From Amoebidium appalachense (lineage: Eukaryota > Protista > Ichthyosporea): DNA of 64,000 nt. Position 1 is the stretch's first letter. Each line of letters begins with the position of its first letter. The notes under the pieces were generated by a model that had not been told where the DNA came from, searched no databases, and saw nothing but the letters and a program-made list of their open reading frames with translations. The stretch spans positions 10,193,172 to 10,257,171 of the forward strand of contig CAVNZM010000008.1 in NCBI GenBank assembly GCA_963693365.1, given 5' to 3'. The translations under genes and the position numbers were made by a program. Positions 9,454 through 19,745 of this stretch are shown piece by piece.

Positions 9454-10110
9454 ATGGATCTTCTCACTAGAATCCAGGAACACGAAGTGCCCTTCACACA
9501 GGGAAGTGCGCAGTGGCTTAAGGCCCGGGCATCCATGCTCACCGCGAGCGACGTGGGCGCGGCGCTGGGGGTGAATCCCTATGAGTCCCGCCGCGAGTTG
9601 ATCGAGCACAAGTCCGGGCTGAAGCGGCGGGTCGTGGACCCCGTGTTCGTGGCATTCGGACACAAGCACGAGGCCAACGCGGCGGACGCGTACATGCGCG
9701 CGACGGGGCGCTCGTGCATCGAGCTGGGGCTGATCCGGCACGCGGAGCACCGGTGGCTGGGGGCGAGCCCGGACCGGGTGACGCTGTGCGGGCGCGCGGT
9801 GGAGATCAAGGTGCCGTACAAGCGCAAGTTCATGGACGGACAGCCGATCCCCGAGCACTATGTGGCGCAGGTGCAGACACAGCTGTTTGTGCTGGGGCTG
9901 GAGGTCGCGGACTTTGTGCAGTTCGACCCGCGCGACGGGTCGCTGCGCATCGACGAGATCCCGCGGGACAAGGAGTGGTGGGCCAAGCACGGCAAGACAT
10001 TAATGAGTTTCCAGGCCAAAGTGTTAGACATACGTGCAGATCACGAGCTGCAGGGATGGGAGACAGAGGACCAAGACACAGCGATTTGTCACATTCCCGA
10101 TTTTATATAA
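9454..10110 (+). CDS. YqaJ-like viral recombinase / lambda-exonuclease family protein (218 aa)
   Basis: QGSAQWLKAR..LTASD, FGHKHE, LGASPD, VEIKVPY, HYVAQVQTQL motifs; TATAAAAA at about 9418. Confidence 0.93.
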   Translation: MDLLTRIQEHEVPFTQGSAQWLKARASMLTASDVGAALGVNPYESRRELIEHKSGLKRRVVDPVFVAFGHKHEANAADAYMRATGRSCIELGLIRHAEHRWLGASPDRVTLCGRAVEIKVPYKRKFMDGQPIPEHYVAQVQTQLFVLGLEVADFVQFDPRDGSLRIDEIPRDKEWWAKHGKTLMSFQAKVLDIRADHELQGWETEDQDTAICHIPDFI

Positions 10111-10366
10111 ACTCGCAGGGCAATGTGTGTATAGATGGACACAATCCACCGACTACACCCCGGCCCCGGCCATCAGCCGCAGTAGCGGCATCGGCAGTAT
10201 ATATACGACAAAGGGATGTACGGTAAGATAGAGCATCAACAGGTACCGCTTTATCAAATTTTGTTTTTTTGTGTAAGTGTGCTGGTCCGGGAGGCCAGGT
10301 GCCTGTATGGTGGGTGAAAATGGATCCTGTGACACCATGACTGCTTTATGGTTAATATATTATGCA

Positions 10367-10603
10367 ATGAAGCCCAAGTATGTCAAGGGACGGTACTGTA
10401 GAAGAGGCAAACGGATCTACCGCCGAAAGCTCCGAAACGCACGAAAAAAGTACAAAGTCCAAAAGAAACATCTAAAACGCATATGGGAACCATCCTATCG
10501 TGTACTTGACTATGTGACCGGCATACCGACCATGACAACCAACAACGGGTGGGACATCACAAGCTACGAGTACCCCCTACACTACAACATTTCCCGTATG
10601 TAA
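10367..10603 (+). CDS. Small highly basic protein (78 aa) or gene fragment
   Basis: 20 of the first 38 residues are K/R (MKPKYVKGRYCRRGKRIYRRKLRNARKKYK...). Confidence 0.4.
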   Translation: MKPKYVKGRYCRRGKRIYRRKLRNARKKYKVQKKHLKRIWEPSYRVLDYVTGIPTMTTNNGWDITSYEYPLHYNISRM

Positions 10604-10605
10604 GT

Positions 10606-12959
10606 CTACAAGGCCGCGGCCGCGTTGGAGGGGGGCTCGTCGTTGCCGGGGCCGTCGGCGCGATGGCGTCTGCGAGGTGTTTCTTCGTCCCGCCCGTCGC
10701 CATCGTCCGCCTCCGACCTCCGCCTTTTCTGGGCGGATTGCGACTCGAACACTTCCATTAAACCCTTCAACCGGGCGCCGACCCCGGCCTCGATGCGAGA
10801 TTCTATGTCTTTTTCCAGGTCTTCTTTTTCCTTGGCCAGTCCGGTAATCCTCGCATCCTTCGATTCCAATTTCGTTGCGAATTTCTGGTTCCTGTTACGT
10901 TCCAACTCATAGGACCGTGTGATCTTTGACACCTCCCGTGTGAGGTTGGCCACCTTCCCTATCTCGTCAGCGAGTTCCGTCTTGAGTTCTTTAAGTTCCC
11001 GCTCGAGGTGTTTTCGCTCCGTTTCCTTGGTCTCCTTCCATTTCGTATTTTCGGCTTCGAGTTTGCGAACTTTCTCTTCGAGGCCGTTGATCTTTGTCGA
11101 GTCCGCGTTGTTACGACGTGTGAGCTCCTCGATCTTCGCTTCCTTCTCCGCGCTAAGCTTCTCTAAGGTTTCCCTCGTCTCTTTTCCTCCCACGACTGCG
11201 ATCTTCAAATTTTGCTTCAGCGTCGCGCTTTCCTGCTCGAGCTTAACGATCTGCGCGCGGTACCGCCCCGAAACCATGCCGATGAGGCGCGTGATGGTGG
11301 AAACAACCTCCATAGTGGCCACGGAGTCGCCGTCGAGTAGACCGGATAGGTCGCTCAAGGGGTCGGCTGAGGGTGGGAGTGCGAGGCGCGCGGGCCGTCT
11401 AACGTCTTGCTCCTGCTCCTCCTTCTCAGTCTCTCGTTCGATCTCTCGCTCCGCTCCCTTGTTCTCTTCACGCTCATCTCGCTCCGTTCCCTCGTTCTGT
11501 GGATCTCGTTCCAAATCTCGCTCCTCTCGCACTTGCTCCTCTCTCTCCTTCTCTCGTTCCTCCGCTCGCTCCATCTCTCGTTCCTTCTCTCGCACTCGCT
11601 CCCTCCGCTTGCTCCTTCTCTCGCTCCTCCGCTCGCTCCTTCTTCTCTCGCTCCTTCTCTCGCTCCTTCTCTCGCACTCGCTCCTCCGCTTGCTCCTTCT
11701 CTCGTTCCTCCGCTCGCTCCTTCTCTCGCTCCTTCTTCTCTCGCTCCATCTCTCGCTCCTTCTTCTCTCGCTCTATCTCTCGCTCCTTCTCTCGCTCCTT
11801 CTTCTCTCGCTCTATCTCTCGCTCCTTCTCTCGCTCCTTCTTCTCTCGCTCCATCTCTCGCTCCTTCTTCTCTCGCTCTATCTCTCGCTCCTTCTCTCGC
11901 TCCATCTCTCGCTCCTTCTCTCGTTCCATCTCTCGCTCCTTCTCTCTCTTGTTGTCCTCTCGCTCCTTTCGCTTCTTTCGCTCCATTTCTCGATCTCTCT
12001 CTCGACCTTGCTCTCTCTCTCGGTTAATTCGCGCCCCCCCCTCGCCGCTGACTCTGCAGCTGTTTCTGTTGCTGGGCCCCAGCAGGCGAATGGAACAGTC
12101 CGGTCGTGGAAAATGGTTGGTGTTGCCCCGTGTGTGCCCCAGGAGAGAAGAGTCGTGGCTGTGCAAATGGTATAGGCTGTGGAGAGGCCTGCAGAGGCCG
12201 TGTCATTAGGGGTTGTGGCTGAAACCCGAATTGCCGAGGGTCGAGAGTGTTGGGTAGAATTGGTCTGTTTTTGGTGCCGCCGGTCGTGGTTTGGGGTCCC
12301 GTGGTGGGAGCTGCCGGGGATGCAGAGGACGGTGCTGTCAGGGGTGGAAGATCGAAGTCGAGAAACCAATCTACAGTGGTGTGAAAACCAATCTCTTCCT
12401 CTTGTGGGTTCGCGTTCACGTCCAAACACGCGAAATTTTCAATCGCCAACCAATCTATGTCCTGGGGCGGAATTGTCATCGAAGGGCGGAAAGTCTTTCC
12501 GGGTGTAAAACGTTGCAAAAATGTTGCCAATGAACACGGATAAACCAACGCGTTCACACTGGTCAAACATGTAGCCGTTAAAGGGTCAACATAGAGGACT
12601 TTCAACTCATCGGCTACATGCCTTAGTATCCCGGCTGCTTTTCTCAGGCGGAGGAATTCAGAAAGCGAAGGTGTCGTGATGTGTTCATTTGGCTGTGTGC
12701 GCGATAAACAATGTGAAGCAACGTGCATGAAATGGTGGAACGGCGTATTTGGTCCTGTTTTTGTAAAAGGTACACAAACGTGGTTGTGGTCATCTATGCA
12801 CTCGCCCAACGCGCACGATTTATCTATAGTCACATCCAAAAACACATCATCTCCCCTCGTCACTAACGCTGCCTCAAAATATCGATCTTCACCAACTCTG
12901 ACTCCAATAGTGCCTGGGGCGTACAGGCGCAATAAGCATGCAAACTGTGCTCTGTCCAT
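10606..12959 (-). pseudogene. Single ~783-aa gene (Cys/His-containing N-domain, RE/KE repeat, coiled coil) split by two +1 frameshifts
   Basis: ORFs 12024..12959, 11474..12166 and 10606..11595 join if one base is removed from the C8 run at about 12034-12041 and one from ctccctcc at about 11601 (the sister repeat at about 11681 reads ctcctcc). Confidence 0.7.
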
Positions 12960-13074
12960 ATCTCGTGGAGTCTACGGATTCTTACGCATTTTCGGCCTAG
13001 CGATTTAGTACATTGTGGCAGCTCATTTGGCAAGGGCTGGTTTTTGTGCGTTTTTTTTTATCAAAGAGTCGCGC

Positions 13075-13340
13075 AGCCAATCGTTCACTTCCGATGAACC
13101 AACAACCAATCGTTAATTCGATAGGAAATCGGTGATTTGATGACATTCAGCCAACAAATGGGTTGTTGCCATGTGTAAATAATGATTGGTTTGTCGAAAT
13201 GTCTCGCATTTTTCTTGACTTGTTGGATCGCTGATCTTCAACCAAACATATATCTACAATTTGCTTTTCTGTTATTTTAATTGGCTAGACGTCATGCAAG
13301 TGTTTTGGGCTAAAAGATTCCCGTGCTGTGATTGGTTGCT
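13075..13340. promoter_or_regulatory. Cluster of CCAAT/ATTGG boxes upstream of the 12959(-) gene
   Basis: agccaatcg about 13075, accaatcg about 13105, tgattgg about 13183 and about 13329. Confidence 0.4.
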
Positions 13341-13409
13341 CAATCGTATCACGTTGGAAGATGCATCGGTATGTTGTTTTGCTTTATTGAGCCCCTCGGG
13401 TCGGACGTT

Positions 13410-13835
13410 CTACTCCGAGTCGCCGTCGTCGAGGATGGAATCTGTTTCTATATAGTTGTCCTTGTCGACGTGTTTGAGTGATTGCTTTGTGGCGAGGTCT
13501 TTGTCCGGTATGGCAGTCAGGAAGGATACCAGGTCGTTGGCCTTTTTCGTGTCCTTGAAGTACGTTTCGAGCTGACGGCGGAGATACTGTTCGCTTAGTT
13601 GTGGCTTTTTGATTGATTCTTGAAGAATCAGAAGGTCTTTCGTGGGAAGCTCGAGTGACCTGACATTTCCAGACGACATGTACTTCAGAATGGCCTTCTT
13701 TATAGTATTCATTTTCTTGGTCACAGGTTTTGTCTGTGCCGCGTGCTCCTTGATCTGTGCGTGGAGGGTTGCATAGTCACGCAAAACGCCCTTCAAGCTC
13801 TCTACATTGGAGATCTCGGTGTTTGGTTTTCCCAT
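13410..13835 (-). CDS. NCLDV conserved small protein, DUF5760-like (141 aa)
   Basis: Pattern L...l..y..L...IKE....K...K.......IL.YM....V..L.L.....L....K.P.LS..YL...L..YF.D..KA..LV.F recognised from memory; acidic tail. Confidence 0.65.
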   Translation of the reverse strand: MGKPNTEISNVESLKGVLRDYATLHAQIKEHAAQTKPVTKKMNTIKKAILKYMSSGNVRSLELPTKDLLILQESIKKPQLSEQYLRRQLETYFKDTKKANDLVSFLTAIPDKDLATKQSLKHVDKDNYIETDSILDDGDSE

Positions 13836-13885
13836 TTGCTATTACACACACATAATATTTTGTGGTGTTTTCGGCGAAGTCGTGG

Positions 13886-13950
13886 TGCTTACGTCATCGA
13901 GTCTTGGTTCTGCTTGCGTCATCGAGTCTTGTTCTGCTTGCGTCATCGAC
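13886..13950. promoter_or_regulatory. Three 24-25 bp tandem units with a CRE/ATF-like core in a 123-bp divergent promoter
   Basis: tgcttRcgtcatcga at 13886, 13911 and 13935, between 13835(-) and 13959(+). Confidence 0.6.
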
Positions 13951-13958
13951 GATTATAA

Positions 13959-15269
13959 ATGACGATGTCATCGACCGCGAGCTCGACGTTTCGATCATTG
14001 GTTGGATTTGTCCGTGTGAACCCCAAGATGCGTTTTGCGACGACCGGGGCGAGTTGTGTGCCGTTGTGCTTTTTCAACCATCCTGTCGAAGGAGCCTCCG
14101 TGTTCCTAGCCCGACCCCGTGCCTACAATCCATTTGGGGGTGTCGAGAGGTGGAGCCTTGAGACGGGCCCCGTTGGCTTCCCAAGCGCTGGTCTGGCGCG
14201 GTTTTGCGAGTTGACCACGGCGTACGTCGTGCTGGTAGTCGATTATCCGACGTTTGTTGTGTGGGGCAAATGTACAATCTCGTTGGTTAATCGCCATCGC
14301 GCGGAACCTGGCGTTGGCCAATCAGCGTTGCTGCGCGCGTCACCGGGCAGTGCAAACGCGGATAGGCGGGTTGGGGCCGCGTCGGCTGACATACTCGCGC
14401 TGGACGTCTTGCTGCCGTTCGATGTAACCGGTGCGCGTCTCGTGGGATACAGCGGTCGCCACGGGGTCGTGGTATTTTTGATCCACAGCAGCCCAGATCT
14501 GGGTGACTGGGCCTGTCCGCAGCTCCGGGGATATGGGACCGGTACTGCCGGGGCTGGGAAAGGACCCGGGTTGCCGCTTTGGTCGATGGACCGACATGTG
14601 GTCTCCGAGCATCCGTGTTCTGTGGGCGACTCGCTTGTTGTGTTGTGTCGGGGAGAGCGAGGATCGACGTTTGTTGTGTCGGTTGATTGGGTCACGGGTG
14701 CGCGGAACTGGAGTGTCTGTCTGGGTGGGTGGATGGGTGCGATGGGGGTGTTGTCGGTGTCGAGTGTCGATATCCGTGTTCTGTACCACAATCATGCGCC
14801 AGGTGAGGACGGGACGCTCGCGGTGGTGGACGCGATCGGTCTGCGGGACGGCCGACTTCTTGGGGAATGCAGAGTGGATATGCTGACGACTTGTAGACCT
14901 CATTGGTGCGGTGATGAAGTCGGGTGTGCATTCTGTTCAAAGGCACCCCTCGAGCCCACACATCGATACTTTGCCAAGCGTGCGTTATGTACTTGTTGGG
15001 TGGATATGTACGAGAGGACGGTGTTGTGCCGCGGGGGCGACCGATTGTATGTTGGTCGCCTGGGTTTCAGTAGAGGGGATAGCGATGTGCTGATATACGA
15101 AGTCGGCGCTGACGATGTGGTGCGTCTTGTCAGCCAGCATCGCGTGTTTCTGGATGGTGTCGTGCACGCGCTGACCATGAGTGTCGCCAGTCGATTCGTT
15201 GTTTTGGGCGCACACGTGACCGCCGATGGAGGGAGTATCTTTCAGGTTTTCCGGTGGAAGATCGAGTGA
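13959..15269 (+). CDS. Hypothetical 436-aa beta-strand-rich protein (possible beta-propeller)
   Basis: Long ORF, Val/Gly-rich, with segments such as VVSVDWVTGARNWS and AIGLRDGRLLG reminiscent of propeller blades. Confidence 0.55.
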   Translation: MTMSSTASSTFRSLVGFVRVNPKMRFATTGASCVPLCFFNHPVEGASVFLARPRAYNPFGGVERWSLETGPVGFPSAGLARFCELTTAYVVLVVDYPTFVVWGKCTISLVNRHRAEPGVGQSALLRASPGSANADRRVGAASADILALDVLLPFDVTGARLVGYSGRHGVVVFLIHSSPDLGDWACPQLRGYGTGTAGAGKGPGLPLWSMDRHVVSEHPCSVGDSLVVLCRGERGSTFVVSVDWVTGARNWSVCLGGWMGAMGVLSVSSVDIRVLYHNHAPGEDGTLAVVDAIGLRDGRLLGECRVDMLTTCRPHWCGDEVGCAFCSKAPLEPTHRYFAKRALCTCWVDMYERTVLCRGGDRLYVGRLGFSRGDSDVLIYEVGADDVVRLVSQHRVFLDGVVHALTMSVASRFVVLGAHVTADGGSIFQVFRWKIE

Positions 15270-15574
15270 TGTGTGGGCTACTATTGCCCGGTGTACTAAC
15301 GATTTGAAGCTACACAGGTGGCTATTTTTGCTTTCGTGCTCGGTCATTAGTATTCAATATTACACACCATGTTCTGTCATTTGGTTTCGGTGTTGGCACT
15401 AAGATATGTAATTGCACACCGACATGTGTCGACGGTTCATAGTCTTTGCTTCTGTTTGCCAGCACTGCCAAAGTTTGTATCCATCAAACATTATATATAA
15501 ACTGTATCTGTATCTGTGTGTTGTTCCCCGTTCCGTGCATGCTCGATAATAGCACGTAAAATAATGGGTTAGTC

Positions 15575-16555
15575 TCATATGACCACTGATTCGATGTATC
15601 CTCGGGTGGGTGCGGCGTCCCATGCAGGGCAGCCATGTGTGTGTTGCGTTTGTGCTGTGGATTGTGCGTACGGGTCGAGCTTGCGTTCGTGGCCGACAAA
15701 GAAGTTTGTCGTGAGAGTCGCGATTGTTCGGCTTGATGCGAGTGTCACTTGGTATGCCTTGAGGGATGCACATGCAAATACTTTGTCGTCGAAGAAAGAC
15801 TCGCATCTCGCCAGTGTTTTTGAGATTGTTGTCGAGCCGGATTTGACGGCCGTGACCGTTCCACAGTCGTGCAGTGGAAACGCAACATATGTGCCTTCAA
15901 AAGCACCCTTGATGGTCCAACAAGGACTCTGTTTGTCTCCAGAGAAGTGGATCAGTCCTGAAGATATTGCCCCGTGAACTGTCTCGTCGTATGTCATCCA
16001 CGGAGACGATCCGTGTGTGAATACGCGGCCGCCGTGTACATCCAGAAATGCAATTCTATGGATGTTTGGGTCCCTCGATGTGGCCGTTTTCTGTTGGGGT
16101 TCGTTATTTTCCTGGTAGAGTCTTTTGTAATTGGCGAGTTCGTGGTGAAGCCTAATGTTATCCTTTTCCGTCTCTTGTAATGAATTTATAAGCCTGTTCT
16201 GATTATTTAAGAGCTTGATCGCGTTGCTTATTTGCGACATGATACTTTCCAATCCCTTCTCGAGTGGATCGTCTTTGGTTTTTTCTGTTGTGCTAGGTTG
16301 CAAATGAGCAGCCATCGTCGTGAAATGATTCAAAATTTTGAGTGTCTGTGTGGAGGTTCTGTTAAACATGTTTATTATATTTTTAATGTCGTCTATTTTG
16401 TTTGGGTCGTCGACATCAGTGCCACCCCCAACTGTTCCCGATCCAGCGGTGTCGCTTTCTTTTGGCATTTTCGATAACAATCTGACGATGTCATCGTGTG
16501 TGGCGCTCAGTGAATTCCGAATTCCGCTTAGAATTTCTTCGTTTACGGTTGACAT
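15575..16555 (-). CDS. Hypothetical 326-aa protein (N-terminal coiled coil)
   Basis: ATG-initiated ORF with heptad-like helical N-half and globular C-half; no family recognised. Confidence 0.65.
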   Translation of the reverse strand: MSTVNEEILSGIRNSLSATHDDIVRLLSKMPKESDTAGSGTVGGGTDVDDPNKIDDIKNIINMFNRTSTQTLKILNHFTTMAAHLQPSTTEKTKDDPLEKGLESIMSQISNAIKLLNNQNRLINSLQETEKDNIRLHHELANYKRLYQENNEPQQKTATSRDPNIHRIAFLDVHGGRVFTHGSSPWMTYDETVHGAISSGLIHFSGDKQSPCWTIKGAFEGTYVAFPLHDCGTVTAVKSGSTTISKTLARCESFFDDKVFACASLKAYQVTLASSRTIATLTTNFFVGHERKLDPYAQSTAQTQHTHGCPAWDAAPTRGYIESVVI

Positions 16556-16640
16556 TTCTGTTTATCATTGCTGTGAAAATATCGACACCGCCCGAGCGAC
16601 AAATTATTGGTCTCGTAACGGACACGCCAATCGGCTAGTC

Positions 16641-17690
16641 TGGTGGGACGGAAGCAAGGGTTCTGTGTGGCGACCAATCGGAACGCGCGGTTGGGGCGTG
16701 GTCGTGGTGACGGGACTGCGGTCAAGGGTAGAAGCATCATCGAAGACCCTGTCGTGTCGGACGCGCAATCTGATTGGTGGGACGGAAGCAAGGGTTCTGT
16801 GTGGCGACCAATCGGAACGCGCGGTTGGGGCGTGGTCGTGGTGACGGGACTGCGGTCAAGGGTAGAAGCATCATCGAAGACCCTGTCGTGTCGGACGCGC
16901 AATCTGATTGGTGGGACGGAAGCAAGGGTTCTGTGTGGCGACCAATCGGAACGCGCGGTTGGGGCGTGGTCGTGGTGACGGGACTGCGGTCAAGGGTAGA
17001 AGCATCATCGAAGACCCTGTCGTGTCGGACGCGCAATCTGATTGGTGGGACGGAAGCAAGGGTTCTGTGTGGCGACCAATCGGAACGCGCGGTTGGGGCG
17101 TGGTCGTGGTGACGGGACTGCGGTCAAGGGTAGAAGCATCATCGAAGACCCTGTCGTGTCGGACGCGCAATCTGATTGGTGGGACGGAAGCAAGGGTTCT
17201 GTGTGGCGACCAATCGGAACGCGCGGTTGGGGCGTGGTCGTGGTGACGGGACTGCGGTCAAGGGTAGAAGCATCATCGAAGACCCTGTCGTGTCGGACGC
17301 GCAATCTGATTGGTGGGACGGAAGCAAGGGTTCTGTGTGGCGACCAATCGGAACGCGCGGTTGGGGCGTGGTCGTGGTGACGGGACTGCGGTCAAGGGTA
17401 GAAGCATCATCGAAGACCCTGTCGTGTCGGACGCGCAATCTGATTGGTGGGACGGAAGCAAGGGTTCTGTGTGGCGACCAATCGGAACGCGCGGTTGGGG
17501 CGTGGTCGTGGTGACGGGACTGCGGTCAAGGGTAGAAGCATCATCGAAGACCCTGTCGTGTCGGACGCGCAATCTGATTGGTGGGACGGAAGCAAGGGTT
17601 CTGTGTGGCGACCAATCGGAACGCGCGGTTGGGGCGTGGTCGTGTGGTCAAGAGTTCGAAGACCCTATCGTGTCGAACGCGCAATCTGAT
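16641..17690. repeat. 134-bp tandem array, 7 apparently identical copies plus 1 degenerate copy
   Basis: Units start at 16641, 16775, 16909, 17043, 17177, 17311, 17445 and 17579; each contains ccaatc, ggggcgtgg and gattgg. Confidence 0.97.
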
Positions 17691-17923
17691 GTGTGATATT
17701 TCTGTTGTTTTTTTTTTGTTATTTTATTCTCCTTCTGTGATTTGTTTACAACAATCTTAAACCGGGCGGTCCAATTGATGGATGTCTCTTGATACTTTGT
17801 TTTTGTCGCTACGTTGTGTGTCTCCTGGCTATAAGAAGTGTTGTGTGTGTGTCAGTATGCTCATTCTACAGTCGCAGCTTTCTCTTCACATCTACTCTAG
17901 CTCTCAACGAGGCTGTTTTCAAC

Positions 17924-19090
17924 ATGTCTAACCTTAGCTCTCGAGACTACGACTTGGGGGTTGATGGTGCTGCAATCGAGGCGGCCCTTGCCATTCCTAG
18001 GAATGTCAAAAACCTCGTGCGCGTTGCTGGGTTCGGATGTGTTGTCCGTGATCTGATGACTACTTTTGCCGACTATACCCACGACGAGAGGCTCAAGGAA
18101 ATCCTTTCTGCTATCAAGTGTATGTTACCTGAAGGGATACCACAATACCCGAGGGGTTTCACTTCAGAAGACGAAGAGAGTCTGAGGACCGCCATCGTTT
18201 CTTACTGCAAGAGTAGCAACCGCAACGCCACGATTGCTCGGAATGTCGAGTCGTGTGCACGTGCCGGTGATCTCGCCCAGTCTATGGGTGCCGCCCCCAT
18301 CGCCCCGCCTCAAGATGTCGCCCCCATCGCCCCGCCTCAAGATGTCGACATCGAGATGGCTGAGCAAGACCCAGATGATACTAAGATGGGTGATCACAAT
18401 TCGGAAAGGAGCTCCAGTAGTAGGTCTGATACCGAATCGTCGTCGTCTTCGTCTTCATCTGATGACGATGACAACGATGACGACGATGACAACGATGACA
18501 ACAAGGGGGCTATCTGTCTCAGTGAGTTCTACAGTCTTATGCAGAAGAATCGTGAGAGCCAGGACAATGTGGTTATCGATGTGCCAGCCTCGCGGTTTGC
18601 TATGTTCGATAAACTGGGCAATCCGATCTTTGTCGAGTCACGCCATCGAATCGCCGAACCCCAAACCGCTCCGATCGAGGTTTCCTCTGACGATGACACC
18701 ACTCAAGATTGTCCGCCTGTCGCTCAGCCCGTCGTCTCTAATGGGATCAGTAAGACCATTGGCCGCAAGTTGGCGATTCCATCGGTGGGCAAGACCATCC
18801 CCGGGACTGCCGAGGCACTTCGGAAGATCGCGAATGCCGGTGTTCAAAAGCACTCCAAGCCCAAGAAGTCTAAGCCCAAGAAGTCTAAGTCGGAATCGCC
18901 CGTACCCAACAACATTGCCGACTGTAATAACCCAGAGAGTAGAAAACGTGCATTTTCTGAATATATGGATACTTGCAAGAATATTTGTAAACTGGTAAAG
19001 AAGAATATATTGACAGAGGAGCAGGCTAAACAGGCTAAACTTGCGGCCTGGCAGAAGAGAATCGAAGACGAGTCAAAGCCTGATGAATAG
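17924..19090 (+). CDS. Hypothetical 388-aa protein with Ser/Asp-rich tract and basic KPKKS repeats
   Basis: ATG 17924 (MSNLSS), tataag at about 17830; APIAPPQDV x2, poly-S/D, SKPKKSKPKKSK (NLS-like). Confidence 0.7.
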   Translation: MSNLSSRDYDLGVDGAAIEAALAIPRNVKNLVRVAGFGCVVRDLMTTFADYTHDERLKEILSAIKCMLPEGIPQYPRGFTSEDEESLRTAIVSYCKSSNRNATIARNVESCARAGDLAQSMGAAPIAPPQDVAPIAPPQDVDIEMAEQDPDDTKMGDHNSERSSSSRSDTESSSSSSSSDDDDNDDDDDNDDNKGAICLSEFYSLMQKNRESQDNVVIDVPASRFAMFDKLGNPIFVESRHRIAEPQTAPIEVSSDDDTTQDCPPVAQPVVSNGISKTIGRKLAIPSVGKTIPGTAEALRKIANAGVQKHSKPKKSKPKKSKSESPVPNNIADCNNPESRKRAFSEYMDTCKNICKLVKKNILTEEQAKQAKLAAWQKRIEDESKPDE

Positions 19091-19257
19091 GTTTAAATCA
19101 TGTCATTAGTGTCGATGTATGCGTGTTCTTAGTCTTAACAGTAGATTCGGCTTCTATTAGTATGCATATGTGTTTCTGTGCTTGTTTCTTATATCGACTT
19201 GGCTTGTCAATAAAAGTTTCATTGTGTTGTTACTCGATATGTTTGGTGAATATTATA

Positions 19258-19522
19258 CCCCCCCCCCCCCCCTGCCTCGCGTGCCCCCCCTGCCTCACCT
19301 GCCTCGCGTGCCTCACCTGCCTCACCTGCCCCACGTGCCCCCCCCCCCCCCCTGCCCCCCTGCCTCACCTGCCCCACGTGCCTCACCTGCCCCACGTGCC
19401 CCACGTGCCCCACGTGCCTCACCTGCCTCACCTGCCCCCCCCCCCCCCCCCCCCCCTGCCCCCCTGCCTCACGTGCCCCCCCCCCCCCCCCTGCCCCCCT
19501 GCCTCACGTGCCTCACCTGCCC
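19258..19522. repeat. Array of 9-bp TGCC(T/C)C(A/G)C(C/G) units with poly-C
   Basis: tgcctcacc, tgccccacg and tgcctcgcg repeated in tandem. Confidence 0.85.
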
Positions 19523-19536
19523 GGGTCAAGACTCAA

Positions 19537-19745
19537 GACTTAGACTTTTTGCGACTTTTTGCTCTCTGTCTCTCTCTGTGCCAGTGTCCATACTTAGACT
19601 TTTTGCTCTCTGTCTCGCGTGTAGACTTAGACTTTTTGCTCTCTGTCTCGCGTGTAGACTTAGACTTTTTGCTCTCTGTCTCGCGTGTAGACTTAGACTT
19701 TTTGCTCTCTGTCTCTCTGTGCCAGTGTCCATACTTAGACGTTTT
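19537..19745. repeat. 33-bp subterminal tandem repeat
   Basis: (acttagactttttgctctctgtctcgcgtgtag) x3 with flanking variants that share ctctgtgccagtgtccatacttagac. Confidence 0.9.

Noticed and set aside
10919-12209. Plus-strand Ser/Leu/Arg-rich ORFs
   Set aside because: Antisense shadows of the RE/KE-repeat gene.
16641-17690. CRISPR-like array, or the repeated 99-112 aa ORFs
   Set aside because: Units are identical with no unique spacers, there are no cas genes and the context is eukaryotic; the ORFs are by-products of the 134-bp period.
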